A DNA stretch of 32,000 nucleotides from Fibrobacteria bacterium. GTDB lineage: Bacteria; Fibrobacterota; Fibrobacteria; UBA11236; JADFYW01. Positions 1 through 11,100 of the stretch are shown in pieces; the stretch's first letter is position 1; every line of letters starts with the position of its first letter. The notes under the pieces were generated by a model. The model ran no database searches. It saw nothing but the letters and a program-made list of their open reading frames with translations, and was not told where the DNA came from. Location of the stretch: NCBI GenBank assembly GCA_050294405.1, contig JBNKOC010000032.1:61677-93676 (forward strand). The letters are read 5' to 3'. The position numbers and the translations under genes are program-made.

Positions 1-2
1 GG

Positions 3-281
3 ATTTTCTTCCGTTCAGAAAACATGGGGAAAGCATTTTCATATATCTCAAAACTCTTCTCGTTTAATTTTAAATTAGATTACTTAGGTATTGAACGATA
101 TAATTTTGAAGCGATTCCTATAATTCTTTTATTTTTCGTTTTAGAATGGTCTGCAAGGTTGAAGCGTCATCCTCTCCAGGATTCAAAATTTTCACTTATA
201 AAAACCGTAGTTATTGTGTTACTAATTATTCTTTTAGGTTCTTTTATAGAGAATAGCGAATTTATTTACTTCCAATTTTAA
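3..281 (+). CDS. C-terminal end of MBOAT-family membrane O-acyltransferase (5' truncated by window edge)
   Basis: Frame is open to the window start (IFFRSENMGKAFSYISKLF...), resembling the FFR.E....AF motif and hydrophobic FIYFQF C-terminus of MBOAT proteins; the next gene starts 1 nt downstream. Confidence 0.7.
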   Translation: MFFRSENMGKAFSYISKLFSFNFKLDYLGIERYNFEAIPIILLFFVLEWSARLKRHPLQDSKFSLIKTVVIVLLIILLGSFIENSEFIYFQF

Positions 282-282
282 A

Positions 283-1170
283 ATGTCTCAATTTTTAAAT
301 TTTTTACTTAAACTTTTGGCTATCGTAATTATATGTGCATTTGCAATTGACACTGTCATTACATATTCATACCCTAAGTTAACGGCTAGAAGCCATGCGG
401 ATTGGATATTTTCTTTACCACCAGAAACTAGTTTTGATTGCATATTTTTGGGTTCATCTCGCTCTTCGCAACATGTTATTCCAAAAATGATTGAGGAACA
501 AACAGGAAAAAAATGTGCTAATTTTGGATACGCCGCATCCAAGCCATTTGAAATAAAGTTAACCTTTATGGCCCTTAGGAAGAGGATTCATTTGAAAAAG
601 GTTTTTATTCAAATAGACCAAAGTTGGAATATTAGCAATCCAGATGTTTTAGCCCAATCCCAATGGATGCCTTACATAAAAAAACCTGAGATACAGGGCT
701 ATTTTAAAGACCTTGGAAATGACTACATTGTTTTATCTTATATTCCTTTAATTCGATACAGCTTGAATAACCCTAAAATAGGAGTTAGAAATTTATTTTT
801 TAAGTTAGTTGGAAAAGAATTAGACGTCATTCCATCACTAGGGTATTCAAATTCAACCCATCCTTTCAAAAACAAAAAGATTTCGGAATATGAAGCTGAA
901 ATTCACAATATCATGAACCCACACATTAAAGAAATTATTGATTATTGTAATGGAAACCAAATACAATTGTTTTTTTACACAGCCCCTTTCTATAAAAATA
1001 CTATTGATTTTTCACCTTTTAATAGCTTAGTGCGAGACTACCATGATTTTTCAAGAGAAATTCCACAAAATAAATTTTACCTTGACCCCTACCACTTAAA
1101 TGAAAGTGGATCTAAAAAATTTACTCAACAGATTATTGATTACTATTTTAAAATTCATGAGGAATTTTAA
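283..1170 (+). CDS. SGNH-hydrolase-like/DltD-like accessory protein, probable partner of the upstream MBOAT acyltransferase
   Basis: N-terminal TM, then FDCIFLGSSRSSQHVIP (GSSR/S block) and a late DPYHLNESGSKKF (DxxH-like block); coupled to the MBOAT ORF. Confidence 0.6.
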   Translation: MSQFLNFLLKLLAIVIICAFAIDTVITYSYPKLTARSHADWIFSLPPETSFDCIFLGSSRSSQHVIPKMIEEQTGKKCANFGYAASKPFEIKLTFMALRKRIHLKKVFIQIDQSWNISNPDVLAQSQWMPYIKKPEIQGYFKDLGNDYIVLSYIPLIRYSLNNPKIGVRNLFFKLVGKELDVIPSLGYSNSTHPFKNKKISEYEAEIHNIMNPHIKEIIDYCNGNQIQLFFYTAPFYKNTIDFSPFNSLVRDYHDFSREIPQNKFYLDPYHLNESGSKKFTQQIIDYYFKIHEEF

Positions 1171-1276
1171 ATCAATTCTGCCTCCTTGGCATTTCTTATA
1201 TTTTGTGATTCAAAATTTATCTACCGGGGTAATTTAAGCAGGAGAATAAATGTTGTATTTGAATTTTTGGAAAACA

Positions 1277-2668
1277 ATGCCAAAAAAAGTTCTGGCCCTG
1301 GTAATATCTGCCAATCTTTCTCTTTTTGCCCTTCCAGAGGGTTTCCAAATTGGGCTGGTGGCCCAGGGTCTCGACCCGGTTATGATGGATATGGCACCGG
1401 ATGGGCGAATATTTATTGCCAATAAACCCGGCCAGATAATGATTGTGGAAAACGATGTTTTGCTTGAAGCCCCATTTGTGGACATAAGCGGAAAAACCAT
1501 TAGCTCTCAGGAACGAGGTTTGTTGGGTGTTGCTGTGGATCCTGATTTTATTAAAACGCCTTATATTTATGCCTGGTACAACGACGTGGATGACCACGCC
1601 TATGTAGTTCGTTGGCTCGCCGATGGCAATTCAGCTAATTTAGAATCAGAGGAAATGGTTTTTGATTTGCAAAATTTTGGCGAAGGCGGGTATCACCACG
1701 GTGGCGATGTGGCATTCGGACCAGATGGCAAGCTATACATAACAAGAGGCAATGGCCACACAGTAAGCAACTCCTCCGACAAAACATCTATTTTCGGCAC
1801 AATACTCAGGGTAAATAAAGACGGTAGCATTCCCGAAGACAACCCCTTCTACGATGAAAACGAAGGCGATGCCCGAGCCATATGGATTTGGGGTGTGCGC
1901 AACAGCTTCAATTTAACCTGGCAGCCCGGGACAAACCTTATGTATTTTAACGATGTTATGGACAACAACCGTGATGACGAAATAAACGAAGGTATTGCCG
2001 GAGAAGGCTATGGCTATGATGGTGGCGGAAGCGTAGAGCCGCTTTATACATGGGGCAGCACTGGCAACGCATTAATGGGAGGCGTTTTTTACAACAAAAA
2101 AAGAGAGAGCCATGAGTTGCAATTTCCCGAAGAGTATCTGGGCCTGTATTTTTTTGGCAACAATGGAGGCAGCCAGGATATACGTACTTTAAACCCACAG
2201 GGCCATGAAGTACTTGACTTTGAAAATGGATATTGCGTGGTGGACTTTGTTATTGACCCCTTGGGCTCATTGTATGGTACCGACAGATGCGAAGGCGGCA
2301 TTATTAAAATAACTTATCCTGAAGCCATGGGCGAATTCACAATGGGTTGTACCGATTCCACAGCTTCTAATTACAATGGAAATGCTAATTTGGATGATGG
2401 AAGTTGTGATTTTGAAAACAGCGCTTCTGTGGCGTTTCCTGGTAAAGGCCAAAAACTCCAATACAGCCGCGGTATTTTATCTTTCCCCGGGATAAAATCG
2501 GGAAATTACAAATTGCAAATACACAACATCCAGGGGCAAATGGCATATGAAAACAATTTGTCCTTAGCAAATAATTATGGAATTAAATTAGGCTTAAAAC
2601 CCGGATTGTACAATTTGAAGATATCTGGAAATGCTGTGTTTGCTGTCCAAAAATTTTTGGTTAAATAG
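1277..2668 (+). CDS. Secreted PQQ-dependent glucose/sorbosone dehydrogenase-like (soluble aldose sugar dehydrogenase) beta-propeller with T9SS-like C-terminal tail
   Basis: ERGLLGVAVDPDF, GGYHHGGDVAFGPDGKLYITRGNG and YGTDRCEGGIIKITY motifs; C-terminal GCTDSTASNYNGNANLDDGSC motif and sorting-tail-like end. ORF track start is 1250; the ATG at 1277 precedes a signal peptide. Confidence 0.8.
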   Translation: MPKKVLALVISANLSLFALPEGFQIGLVAQGLDPVMMDMAPDGRIFIANKPGQIMIVENDVLLEAPFVDISGKTISSQERGLLGVAVDPDFIKTPYIYAWYNDVDDHAYVVRWLADGNSANLESEEMVFDLQNFGEGGYHHGGDVAFGPDGKLYITRGNGHTVSNSSDKTSIFGTILRVNKDGSIPEDNPFYDENEGDARAIWIWGVRNSFNLTWQPGTNLMYFNDVMDNNRDDEINEGIAGEGYGYDGGGSVEPLYTWGSTGNALMGGVFYNKKRESHELQFPEEYLGLYFFGNNGGSQDIRTLNPQGHEVLDFENGYCVVDFVIDPLGSLYGTDRCEGGIIKITYPEAMGEFTMGCTDSTASNYNGNANLDDGSCDFENSASVAFPGKGQKLQYSRGILSFPGIKSGNYKLQIHNIQGQMAYENNLSLANNYGIKLGLKPGLYNLKISGNAVFAVQKFLVK

Positions 2669-2669
2669 A

Positions 2670-3800
2670 TTACATCATTCCAAAAATAATCATCTGCGCA
2701 CTCACTCCCCCAAAGCGAGTTCCGTCACTAAACCTCGCCAAGATAAGCTTCCCCTTAAATTCAGGGTATGGCACTATGTTATTCTCATTGCAGTTAAAGC
2801 TAGGGGCTAATGGGTCCCAAAGATGGTTAGCATTGAATGAGGTGATTATATTAGGGTGGCTATCCAACCATTGGCATATGGGTTCCAGCCCTTCTACTGG
2901 GGATACAATAATTTCCATAGATTCTACAACACCAGCGCTAAATGAAGTATCGGAATTGGGAGCCAAAATTATATTTGGAGTGGGAAGTGGTCTTGGAGGC
3001 AATTCGGACTCGGCAATTCTATTTAAGCTTGCTTTAAGGGGACCATATTGATTGTGGTGAAACATTTCAAAACTTAGCTCGGAATAGTCTTCTGAAAAAG
3101 ACAAGTTTTTAATTTGATCGATATTTTCTGTACTATGTTCGAAAAAGATTAGAATAGTTCCCGATGCTTTTCCCCCAACGCTGATATTATCCAGCTGAAT
3201 ATATTTGGCTGGACTATCATTATCAGTACCATAATAAAACGCGGGAATGGCATCCGTATCAACATTATAAGCGCTATAATTCCCATTCTCATCAATATGA
3301 AGAGCAATTTGATAGGGCTCAGTCCATGGAGTCTCCATTGTTCCCAAATAGTAACCAGGCAAATTCGCTTTCAGTTCTTTTAATTTTTCAATAAGGCCAT
3401 CATTACTAACAAGTATGGGTTGCAAAACCTGGATGTATATGATCAATTCTTTTTGAGAATCTTCCACATTTGCTTGAAGTGTAATTTTATATAGGCCTGG
3501 CTCCGTGGGCTGCCAATCATCCAGGGCATCAGAAATTATTTTTTCAACAAGTTTTCCTTCCTTTTGGATTGTCCAAGTATACTCCACATCATTTCCCACC
3601 CCTTCCTCATTTAATTCTAAAACCGGAGTTAAAGTCATGCTTTGGCCAAGGCTTACATCATTTTCAACACCACTAACATCTAAAGATTGTATCTCAATAT
3701 TTTCATTGGTCTTTTCAGACGGTTCCGAAATTTTTTCAAGTTTGCAAGAACTTAAAATCAGAGCACAACAAATTCCCAGTAAAATGAATGGCATTTTCAT
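2670..3800 (-). CDS. Hypothetical lipoprotein with Ig/PKD-like region
   Basis: Signal peptide with lipobox (ILLGICCALILSSCK); YTWTIQKEGK...EPGLYKITLQANVED resembles a PKD/Ig fold. Convergent with the preceding gene. Confidence 0.55.
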   Translation of the reverse strand: MKMPFILLGICCALILSSCKLEKISEPSEKTNENIEIQSLDVSGVENDVSLGQSMTLTPVLELNEEGVGNDVEYTWTIQKEGKLVEKIISDALDDWQPTEPGLYKITLQANVEDSQKELIIYIQVLQPILVSNDGLIEKLKELKANLPGYYLGTMETPWTEPYQIALHIDENGNYSAYNVDTDAIPAFYYGTDNDSPAKYIQLDNISVGGKASGTILIFFEHSTENIDQIKNLSFSEDYSELSFEMFHHNQYGPLKASLNRIAESELPPRPLPTPNIILAPNSDTSFSAGVVESMEIIVSPVEGLEPICQWLDSHPNIITSFNANHLWDPLAPSFNCNENNIVPYPEFKGKLILARFSDGTRFGGVSAQMIIFGMM

Positions 3801-3972
3801 TCTTACTCCTTTATAAGCTAGTTGAGTTATTATTAATTTACTTATAATAAGTTGAAAAGAAACTGATTAATAAAAATACCGTATTCTTTTAGTCAACAAT
3901 ATGGCAGCAACAAAGTATGCATATATTAAAATCCCCACACTTTGAAGCCATGATTTCATAGAACAAAAAAAA

Positions 3973-3997
3973 AGCCAGCCTGAAATTCAGACTGGCT
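3973..3997 (-). terminator. Rho-independent terminator downstream of gltBD
   Basis: AGCCAG-C-CTGA-AAT-TCAG-A-CTGGCT hairpin; on the minus strand it is followed by a run of T (A run at about 3964-3973 on plus). Confidence 0.8.
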
Positions 3998-4018
3998 TTT
4001 TAATTTTAAAAGGAAATG

Positions 4019-5530
4019 TTAGGGAAGTTGGGTAGAACCCATTAAAAAGCGGTCTACCTCACGAGCAGCTCCACGCCCTTCATTAATGGCCCACACCACC
4101 AGGCTTTGCCCACGGCGCATATCACCTGCGGCAAAGATACCTTCCACATTAGTGCGGTATTTTTCAAAATCCGCCTTCACATTGCTGCGAGCATCCCTTT
4201 CCAAATCAAGCTGTTCGGCAATAATATCTTCAGGGCCTAAAAATCCCATGGCTAAAAGAACCAAATCAGCGGCAATAACCTTATCGCTTCCGGGAATTTC
4301 TTTTGGAGTGGGACGGCCATTTTCCATAACCCATTCAATTTTTACGGTATGTAACGCTTTAACATTACCTTGGTCATCGCCTTCAATTTTTTTGGTCATA
4401 ATGGAATATTCACGTGGGTCCTGTCCAAAAACAGCTGCCGCTTCTTCCTGGCCGTAATCCATGTTATATACTTTTGGCCATTCGGGCCAAGGGTTATTTT
4501 TAGCCCTTTCCATTGGAGGTTTGGACATGATTTCAAGTTGGGTAATAGTTTTACATCCATGACGCACAGACGTGCCTACGCAATCAGTTCCGGTATCACC
4601 ACCGCCAATTACCACTACATTTTTATCCTTCGCGCTGATGTAATTCCCATCTTTTAATTGGCTGTCCAAAAGGCTTTTAGTGTTAGCTGTTAAAAATTCC
4701 ATTGCAAAATGGACACCCTTCAGATTTCTTCCTTCAATGGGAAGGTCGCGGGGCTTGGTGGCTCCGCAGCAAAGAACTACAGCATCGTACTCTTTTTGAA
4801 GTTCTGACATCTTAACATCTACACCAACATTTACCGATGTTTTAAATTCAACTCCCTCTTCCCGCATGATATTGACACGGCGTTCCACAATTTTTTTATC
4901 TAATTTCATATTAGGAATACCATACATCAAAAGGCCGCCAATTCTATCAGCTCTTTCCAAAACAGTTACATTATGGCCTGCGAAATTTAATTGTCCAGCG
5001 GCCGCCAAACCAGAGGGGCCGGAACCAATTACAGCAACTTTTTTACCAGTTCTTTTGCTGGGAATTTTAGGGACAACCCAGCCATTTTCAAAAGCCATGT
5101 CCGCAATGGATACTTCATTATTTTTAATGGTAACTGCAGGCTCATTTATTCCCAATACACAAGATCCTTCACAGGGAGCGGGACAAACCCGTCCAGTAAA
5201 TTCAGGAAAGTTGTTTGTTTTGTGAAGCCTTTCCGAAGCTTCTTCCCACAATCCGTGATAAATTAAATCGTTCCATTCGGGTATAAGGTTGTTAATGGGG
5301 CAGCCAGAAGCCATCCCGCTAACCATATCACCAGTATGGCAAAAAGGCACGCCGCAGTCCATACATCTGGCGCCCTGTTCCTTTTGCTCTTCAGGATTGT
5401 GGTTAATATGAAACTCATTCCAGTCCTTAATACGCTCAAGGGGGCTTCGGTCTGAGTGGGTTTTTCTTTTTATTTCTAAAAATCCAGTTGGTTTTCCCAT
5501 ACTTATAAAATTCCTTTTGATGTTAGGCAA
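4019..5530 (-). CDS. gltD: Glutamate synthase small (beta) subunit
   Basis: 503 aa; cysteine-cluster N-terminus ([28 protein letters not shown]), [13 protein letters not shown] and [11 protein letters not shown] nucleotide-binding motifs. Confidence 0.97.
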   Translation of the reverse strand: MPNIKRNFISMGKPTGFLEIKRKTHSDRSPLERIKDWNEFHINHNPEEQKEQGARCMDCGVPFCHTGDMVSGMASGCPINNLIPEWNDLIYHGLWEEASERLHKTNNFPEFTGRVCPAPCEGSCVLGINEPAVTIKNNEVSIADMAFENGWVVPKIPSKRTGKKVAVIGSGPSGLAAAGQLNFAGHNVTVLERADRIGGLLMYGIPNMKLDKKIVERRVNIMREEGVEFKTSVNVGVDVKMSELQKEYDAVVLCCGATKPRDLPIEGRNLKGVHFAMEFLTANTKSLLDSQLKDGNYISAKDKNVVVIGGGDTGTDCVGTSVRHGCKTITQLEIMSKPPMERAKNNPWPEWPKVYNMDYGQEEAAAVFGQDPREYSIMTKKIEGDDQGNVKALHTVKIEWVMENGRPTPKEIPGSDKVIAADLVLLAMGFLGPEDIIAEQLDLERDARSNVKADFEKYRTNVEGIFAAGDMRRGQSLVVWAINEGRGAAREVDRFLMGSTQLP

Positions 5531-8500
5531 GACTTACATGGAATGCTTCCAATAAAGCCTCATCTCCTTTAAGTCCCTTGGCCTTTACCATTTCTGTGGC
5601 TTCCACAACACGCTTGTAATCGCGGGGATAAACTTTAACAAAATGCTTAATATTATCTTCCCATCTATCCAGGATGCGTTTTGCAAGCGCGCTTCTGGTG
5701 ATTTCAGCATGGGTAGAAATATATCCCTTGAGTTCCGAGATTTCTTTATCCTCTTCCACTTTGTACAAATCCACCAGACCCGTATTGCAGCGGCCGGGGA
5801 AAATATTTTGAGGATCGTATACATATGCCAATCCACCGGACATGCCAGCGGCAAAATTTCTTCCAGTGGGTCCAAGTACGACAACCCGGCCCCCTGTCAT
5901 ATATTCGCAACCGTGATCCCCCACCCCTTCTACAACAGTGGTAGCGCCGCTATTGCGCACCGCAAAGCGCTCTCCGGCCATACCTGAAAAGTAGGCTTCT
6001 CCGGCAGTTGCTCCGTAAAGAGCCACGTTTCCAATAATGATATTTTCTTCAGCCAGGTAAGGCGCCACGTTGGGAGGAGACACTATAATTTTTCCTCCGG
6101 AAAGGCCTTTGCCCACATAATCGTTGGCATCGCCTTCCAGATACATGGTCATACCCGAGGGCACAAAGGCGCCAAAACTTTGTCCTGCAGAGCCTTTAAA
6201 ATGCAACTTAATGGTTCCTGCAGGCAGTCCTTCTGCTCCGTATTTTCTGGAAATTTCACTTCCGGTAATGGTTCCCACTACACGGTTGGTGTTTTTAATA
6301 AGGAAGTTCGCCTCAACCTTTTCGCCTTTTTCAATGGCTGGCCGGCATGCGTCCAAAATTTCGGTCATATCCAGAGAATCTTCCAAACCGTGATCCTGAT
6401 CCATTTGGTGGTATTGACCAACTGTTGAGGGAACAACGGGCTTGTGCAAGATTTTTGAAAAATCTAACCCCTTTGCCTTCCAATGTTTGATGGCTTTGCG
6501 GGTTTCCAGCTTGTCAACTCGGCCAATCATTTCATTCAGGTTGCGGAAACCCAATGAAGCCATAATTTCCCGAAGTTCCTGGGCCACAAAATGCATATAG
6601 TTCACAACATGGGCCGGATCACCGGTGAATTTTTCTCTGAGCTCAGGGTTTTGAGTGGCAACACCCACTGGACAGGTTCCCAAATGGCATTTGCGCATCA
6701 TAATACATCCAAGCACCACCAAAGGCGCCGTGGCAAATCCAAATTCTTCGGCACCCAAAAGAGCTGCCACAGCAACATCACGACCAGTTTTTAACTGGCC
6801 ATCGGTTTCCACCACAATTCGGCTGCGTAAATCATTCATCACTAAAGTCTGATGAGTTTCCGCAAGGCCTAATTCCCAGGGAAGCCCTGCGTGATAAATG
6901 CTGGTTATGGGAGATGCGCCAGTTCCACCGTCGTATCCGCTAATTAACACAACATCCGCATGGCCTTTGGCCACACCTGCAGCGATAGTGCCCACTCCCA
7001 TTTCGGAAACCAATTTCACATTTATGCGCGCCTTGTTATTGGCGTTTTTCAAATCGTGGATCAATTCGGCCAAATCTTCGATGGAATAAATATCGTGATG
7101 AGGCGGCGGAGAAATAAGTTCCACACCAGCTGTACTTCCTCTAACTTTTGCTATCCAGGGATACACTTTTTTGCCGGGCAATTGGCCGCCTTCTCCGGGT
7201 TTAGCCCCCTGGGCCATTTTAATTTGAATTTCATCGGCATTTACCAGGTAATGGCTGGTCACACCAAAGCGCCCGGAAGCCACCTGCTTAATGGCGCTTC
7301 GACGCAAGTCCCCATTTTCATCGGGGGTAAAACGACGGGGATCTTCCCCACCTTCACCGGTGTTGCTTTTTCCACCCACCCGATTCATGGCAATCGCTAA
7401 AGATTCGTGGGCTTCTGCGCTAATGGACCCATAGGACATAGCCCCTGTTTTAAAACGCTGGCAAATAGATTCCACGGATTCCACTTCTTCGATAGGAATG
7501 GGGTCCATATTTGTTTTAAATTCCAGCAATCCACGTAAGGTGTATAATTGCTTGGATTGGTTGTTTACAGCGTCTGCAAATTCTTTATACAAATCATAAT
7601 CACCCACTGCTGTGGACTTTTGCAGAGCATGTATGGTTTTTGGATTGAACAAATGGAGTTCCCCATTTTTACGCCAATTCAATTTACCGCCCACTCCCAA
7701 TGTTTTGCTGTTGCCCCTTTCATCAAAGGCTGCCTGATGACGCAATAGAGCTTCGTTTGCAATCACTTCAAGGCCTACCCCTTCGATTCGAGTGGCTGTC
7801 CAGGTAAAGTACTTTTGAATGAGGTTTTGATCCAATCCGATGGCTTCAAAGATTTGAGCTCCCCGGTAACTGGCAATGGTGGAAATACCCATTTTAGATA
7901 AAACCTTAATGATACCCGTATTGGCCGCTTTGAAGAAATTCTTTTCGGCAGCTTTGTAATTAAGGCCATTCAACTCATTTTTATCTGCCAAAGATTTTAA
8001 TGTATCCAACGCCAGATAAGGGTTTATTCCGCCAGCTCCATACCCCAACAATAAGGCAAAGTGATGTACTTCGCGAGCTTCCGCCGTTTCGATAACAATA
8101 CCAACACGGGTGCGTTGGCCGTTTCGGATAAGGTGGTGGTGCAAGCCAGATACAGCTAGCAAGGATGGAATAGCGGCTTTTTCTCTGGATATTCCTCTGT
8201 CGGATAAAATGAGAATCGTCTTGCCTTCCGCAATGGCTGCATCTGCTTTTTCAAAAAGGCTATCTAACGCAGCTTCCAGTCCTTCCGCTCCGTTATCAAA
8301 GGGAAAATGTATAGGCAATGTCGCTGTTTTTAAAGATTCGGTATTGAGCTCCCTTATTTTTTGCAAATCCTGATTGGATAACATGGGGCTATCCAAACGC
8401 AATTGCTTGCAGTTTGTCTCATCGGAAGAAAGCAGATTTCCCTGACTCCCAAGAAGCGAATCCGTAGCAGTCACCAGTTCTTCTCTAATAGCATCTAATG

Positions 8501-10088
8501 GAGGGTTAGTTACTTGGGCAAAAAGCTGTTTGAAATAACTGTAAAGTAGCTGGGGTTGGCTCGATAAAACGGCCAAAGGCGTATCGTTACCCATAGATCC
8601 AATGGGGTCTTTACCCGCAATACCCATGTCTGATAAAATCTTTTGGATTTCTTCGGTGGTGTATCCAAAAGCTTGTTGCAAGCTAAACAGTTCTTTTCCA
8701 GAAGTGGATGTGGCTTCGGTTTCGGCTGTTAAATCCTTTAGGTTCATTAAATTTTTATTGAGCCATTCCCTGTAAGGATGTTGTTTAACCAGCTCGTCTT
8801 TAAGTTCGCTGTCCGAAACGATTTTCTTTTTAATGGTATCCACCATAAACATACGGCCAGGTTCTAAACGCCCTTTTTTAACCACATTTTCGGGAGGTAT
8901 TTCCAATACGCCCACTTCAGAGGCCATTATGACCAAATCATCTTTAGTAACCCAATAACGGGAAGGACGCAAACCATTTCTATCTAACACGGCCACTACC
9001 CTGTCGCCATCCGTTGCGGCGATGGAAGCAGGGCCATCCCAGGGTTCCATAATGCAACTGTGGTATTCGTAAAAAGCCTTGCGGGCATCATCCATATCGT
9101 TGTGGTAAAACCAGGGTTCGGGAATCATCATCATTAAGCTGTGGGCCAAACTGCGGCCGCCCATGACCAAAAATTCCAAGCAGTTGTCGAAGATGGCTGA
9201 ATCAGAACCATTGGGGTTTAATATGGGAAAAACTTTAGATACATCAGGGCCAAAAACTTTGGATTGAATTTGAGTCTCCCGGGCGTGCATCCAGTTGTAA
9301 TTGCCACGTACAGTATTGATTTCGCCGTTGTGAATTACATAGCGATTGGGGTGCGCCCTGTCCCAGCTGGGGAAAGTGTTGGTGGAAAACCTGGAATGCA
9401 CCAGGGCCAAAGCGGATTCCACATCCTTATCCAAAAGTTCAGGAAAGTACTTGTATACTTGTTCGGACAATAACATACCCTTGTATACAATGGTTTTAGA
9501 AGACAATGAGGGGATAAAAAAGTTTTCCCGGCCCATATCGGTGGATTCATTAATTCCGTTTTCAATTTTTTTGCGGATTAAGAACAGTTTGCGTTCAAAA
9601 TCCTGAGTGCTTTTAATTTTTTTGCCCTTTTTTATAAACACCTGCAAAATAAAGGGGGCACAAGCCTTGGCTGTGTTGCCCAGAGAGGAATCGTCGGTGG
9701 GAACCGGACGCCAACCCAAAAGCTCTTGTTTTTCTTCGCGGATAACTTTTTCAATCAACTGCTCGGCCAAATCGCGACGGCCAGCTTCTTTGGTTAAAAA
9801 CACCATGCCTACGCCGTAATCCCCTTCTTTGGGAAGTGTAAAACCCAACTGAGGCTCAATTTTTTTGAAAAAACTATGGGGAATTTGAATTAATATTCCA
9901 GCCCCATCGCCTGTATTGGGTTCGCAACCACTGGCTCCACGGTGGGTTAAATTGTCCAAAACCATGAGGGCTTGCTTCACGATTTGGTGGGATTTTTTGC
10001 CTTGCATATTTACTACAAAGCCAATTCCACAAGCATCGTGTTCATAGTCAGGGTTATACAGCCCTTGGGCCTTTGGTCTCTCAATCAT
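5523..10088 (-). CDS. gltB: Glutamate synthase large (alpha) subunit
   Basis: 1521 aa; [18 protein letters not shown] glutaminase N-terminus, [45 protein letters not shown] domain, [13 protein letters not shown] iron-sulfur motif, C-terminal GXGXG domain. Overlaps gltD start. Confidence 0.98.
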   Translation of the reverse strand: MIERPKAQGLYNPDYEHDACGIGFVVNMQGKKSHQIVKQALMVLDNLTHRGASGCEPNTGDGAGILIQIPHSFFKKIEPQLGFTLPKEGDYGVGMVFLTKEAGRRDLAEQLIEKVIREEKQELLGWRPVPTDDSSLGNTAKACAPFILQVFIKKGKKIKSTQDFERKLFLIRKKIENGINESTDMGRENFFIPSLSSKTIVYKGMLLSEQVYKYFPELLDKDVESALALVHSRFSTNTFPSWDRAHPNRYVIHNGEINTVRGNYNWMHARETQIQSKVFGPDVSKVFPILNPNGSDSAIFDNCLEFLVMGGRSLAHSLMMMIPEPWFYHNDMDDARKAFYEYHSCIMEPWDGPASIAATDGDRVVAVLDRNGLRPSRYWVTKDDLVIMASEVGVLEIPPENVVKKGRLEPGRMFMVDTIKKKIVSDSELKDELVKQHPYREWLNKNLMNLKDLTAETEATSTSGKELFSLQQAFGYTTEEIQKILSDMGIAGKDPIGSMGNDTPLAVLSSQPQLLYSYFKQLFAQVTNPPLDAIREELVTATDSLLGSQGNLLSSDETNCKQLRLDSPMLSNQDLQKIRELNTESLKTATLPIHFPFDNGAEGLEAALDSLFEKADAAIAEGKTILILSDRGISREKAAIPSLLAVSGLHHHLIRNGQRTRVGIVIETAEAREVHHFALLLGYGAGGINPYLALDTLKSLADKNELNGLNYKAAEKNFFKAANTGIIKVLSKMGISTIASYRGAQIFEAIGLDQNLIQKYFTWTATRIEGVGLEVIANEALLRHQAAFDERGNSKTLGVGGKLNWRKNGELHLFNPKTIHALQKSTAVGDYDLYKEFADAVNNQSKQLYTLRGLLEFKTNMDPIPIEEVESVESICQRFKTGAMSYGSISAEAHESLAIAMNRVGGKSNTGEGGEDPRRFTPDENGDLRRSAIKQVASGRFGVTSHYLVNADEIQIKMAQGAKPGEGGQLPGKKVYPWIAKVRGSTAGVELISPPPHHDIYSIEDLAELIHDLKNANNKARINVKLVSEMGVGTIAAGVAKGHADVVLISGYDGGTGASPITSIYHAGLPWELGLAETHQTLVMNDLRSRIVVETDGQLKTGRDVAVAALLGAEEFGFATAPLVVLGCIMMRKCHLGTCPVGVATQNPELREKFTGDPAHVVNYMHFVAQELREIMASLGFRNLNEMIGRVDKLETRKAIKHWKAKGLDFSKILHKPVVPSTVGQYHQMDQDHGLEDSLDMTEILDACRPAIEKGEKVEANFLIKNTNRVVGTITGSEISRKYGAEGLPAGTIKLHFKGSAGQSFGAFVPSGMTMYLEGDANDYVGKGLSGGKIIVSPPNVAPYLAEENIIIGNVALYGATAGEAYFSGMAGERFAVRNSGATTVVEGVGDHGCEYMTGGRVVVLGPTGRNFAAGMSGGLAYVYDPQNIFPGRCNTGLVDLYKVEEDKEISELKGYISTHAEITRSALAKRILDRWEDNIKHFVKVYPRDYKRVVEATEMVKAKGLKGDEALLEAFHVSLA

Positions 10089-10320
10089 CGTGTTTCCTTT
10101 ATTTAATTCTCTTTTGCCTTAGGAGTGCTTGACTGAAAGGAAATTCCATTCGGTACGCGCAGGGGCAGCTCCGGCATTTTGCACCCACAATTTGCGGGGC
10201 TCCCATTTAACTCAAAAGGAAAAGAAAATTTAAGTCAAAAAAAGGGGTTTTTCAAATTTTCCCGGGGTTTACCCGATAAAAACACCGTTCTAAAATGGGG
10301 AGTTTTATAGCAAGAAAAAA

Positions 10321-10896
10321 TTACAAATCACCAGCCTCTGCCATCATCTGATGGCGAAGCTCCTCAAAAGCCAATTTATCCCAAGGATCTTCTGGCTGGC
10401 CGAGAAAATGATTTAATTCCGGTTGGTAAACTTCCCAGCCACCTGCCTGAATTTCCAGCTCCAGTTGCTGAGCTCCCCAGCCAGAATACCCCAGAAAAAG
10501 GCGAATTTTGGGAGGGTTTAGGTTTAAAATCCTATCGATTTCTGTCCAATGGCCCCCAAGATGAATATTGCTTGCCAATTGGGTGGCCTCCAGCACCGAT
10601 TCTTCGCTGTGTTGGATAATTTGCAACTCACCCTCCTGTACAGGGCCGCCAATAAACACCTTTTTTACACCTTTTTGGTGAAAATCGAGAGAATTAAAGA
10701 CCTCCGAAAGTGGCATATGGGATACCCGGTTGAGCACCAAACCATAAGCTCCCTCCTCATTGTAATGGCAAATGAGCACAATGGTATCGCTAAAATTTGG
10801 GTCGGCCATGGTTTTGTGGCTAAGCAAAACGCAACCCGGCTTTAGTCTTTTGAGGTAAGTTTCTGCTTCTTTGGGACGCAATCCTTCTAGAGACAT
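10321..10896 (-). CDS. YqgE/AlgH family protein
   Basis: 191 aa; PNFSDTVILICHYNEEGAYGLVLNR, VFIGGPVQ and FLGYSGWGAQQLELEIQAGGW motifs. Confidence 0.95.
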   Translation of the reverse strand: MSLEGLRPKEAETYLKRLKPGCVLLSHKTMADPNFSDTIVLICHYNEEGAYGLVLNRVSHMPLSEVFNSLDFHQKGVKKVFIGGPVQEGELQIIQHSEESVLEATQLASNIHLGGHWTEIDRILNLNPPKIRLFLGYSGWGAQQLELEIQAGGWEVYQPELNHFLGQPEDPWDKLAFEELRHQMMAEAGDL

Positions 10897-11100
10897 GCAA
10901 TTAAATTAGAAAATTTCGCCCAGAATAACTACAATTGCATTTATTTTAAAATTACAAAGGGCAAAAGGCCAAATTTGATTATCTTAAATTCGGGAAGTTT
11001 ACCTTTTGCAAATGTCAGTAGTAAACTACTATTCTTCTACAAAAAAAGTTAGGGGTAAACAACTTTTTCATAATACTGGAACAATTGGAATAGAGAACTT

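Noticed and set aside
1186-1597. ORFs 1186..1425 (+) and 1217..1597 (-)
   Set aside because: Overlap the well-supported sugar dehydrogenase gene and lack recognisable domains.
5585-9819. Many ORFs of 60-146 aa antisense or out of frame to gltB and gltD
   Set aside because: They lie opposite strongly supported glutamate synthase genes and have low-complexity or non-recognisable translations; typical shadow ORFs.
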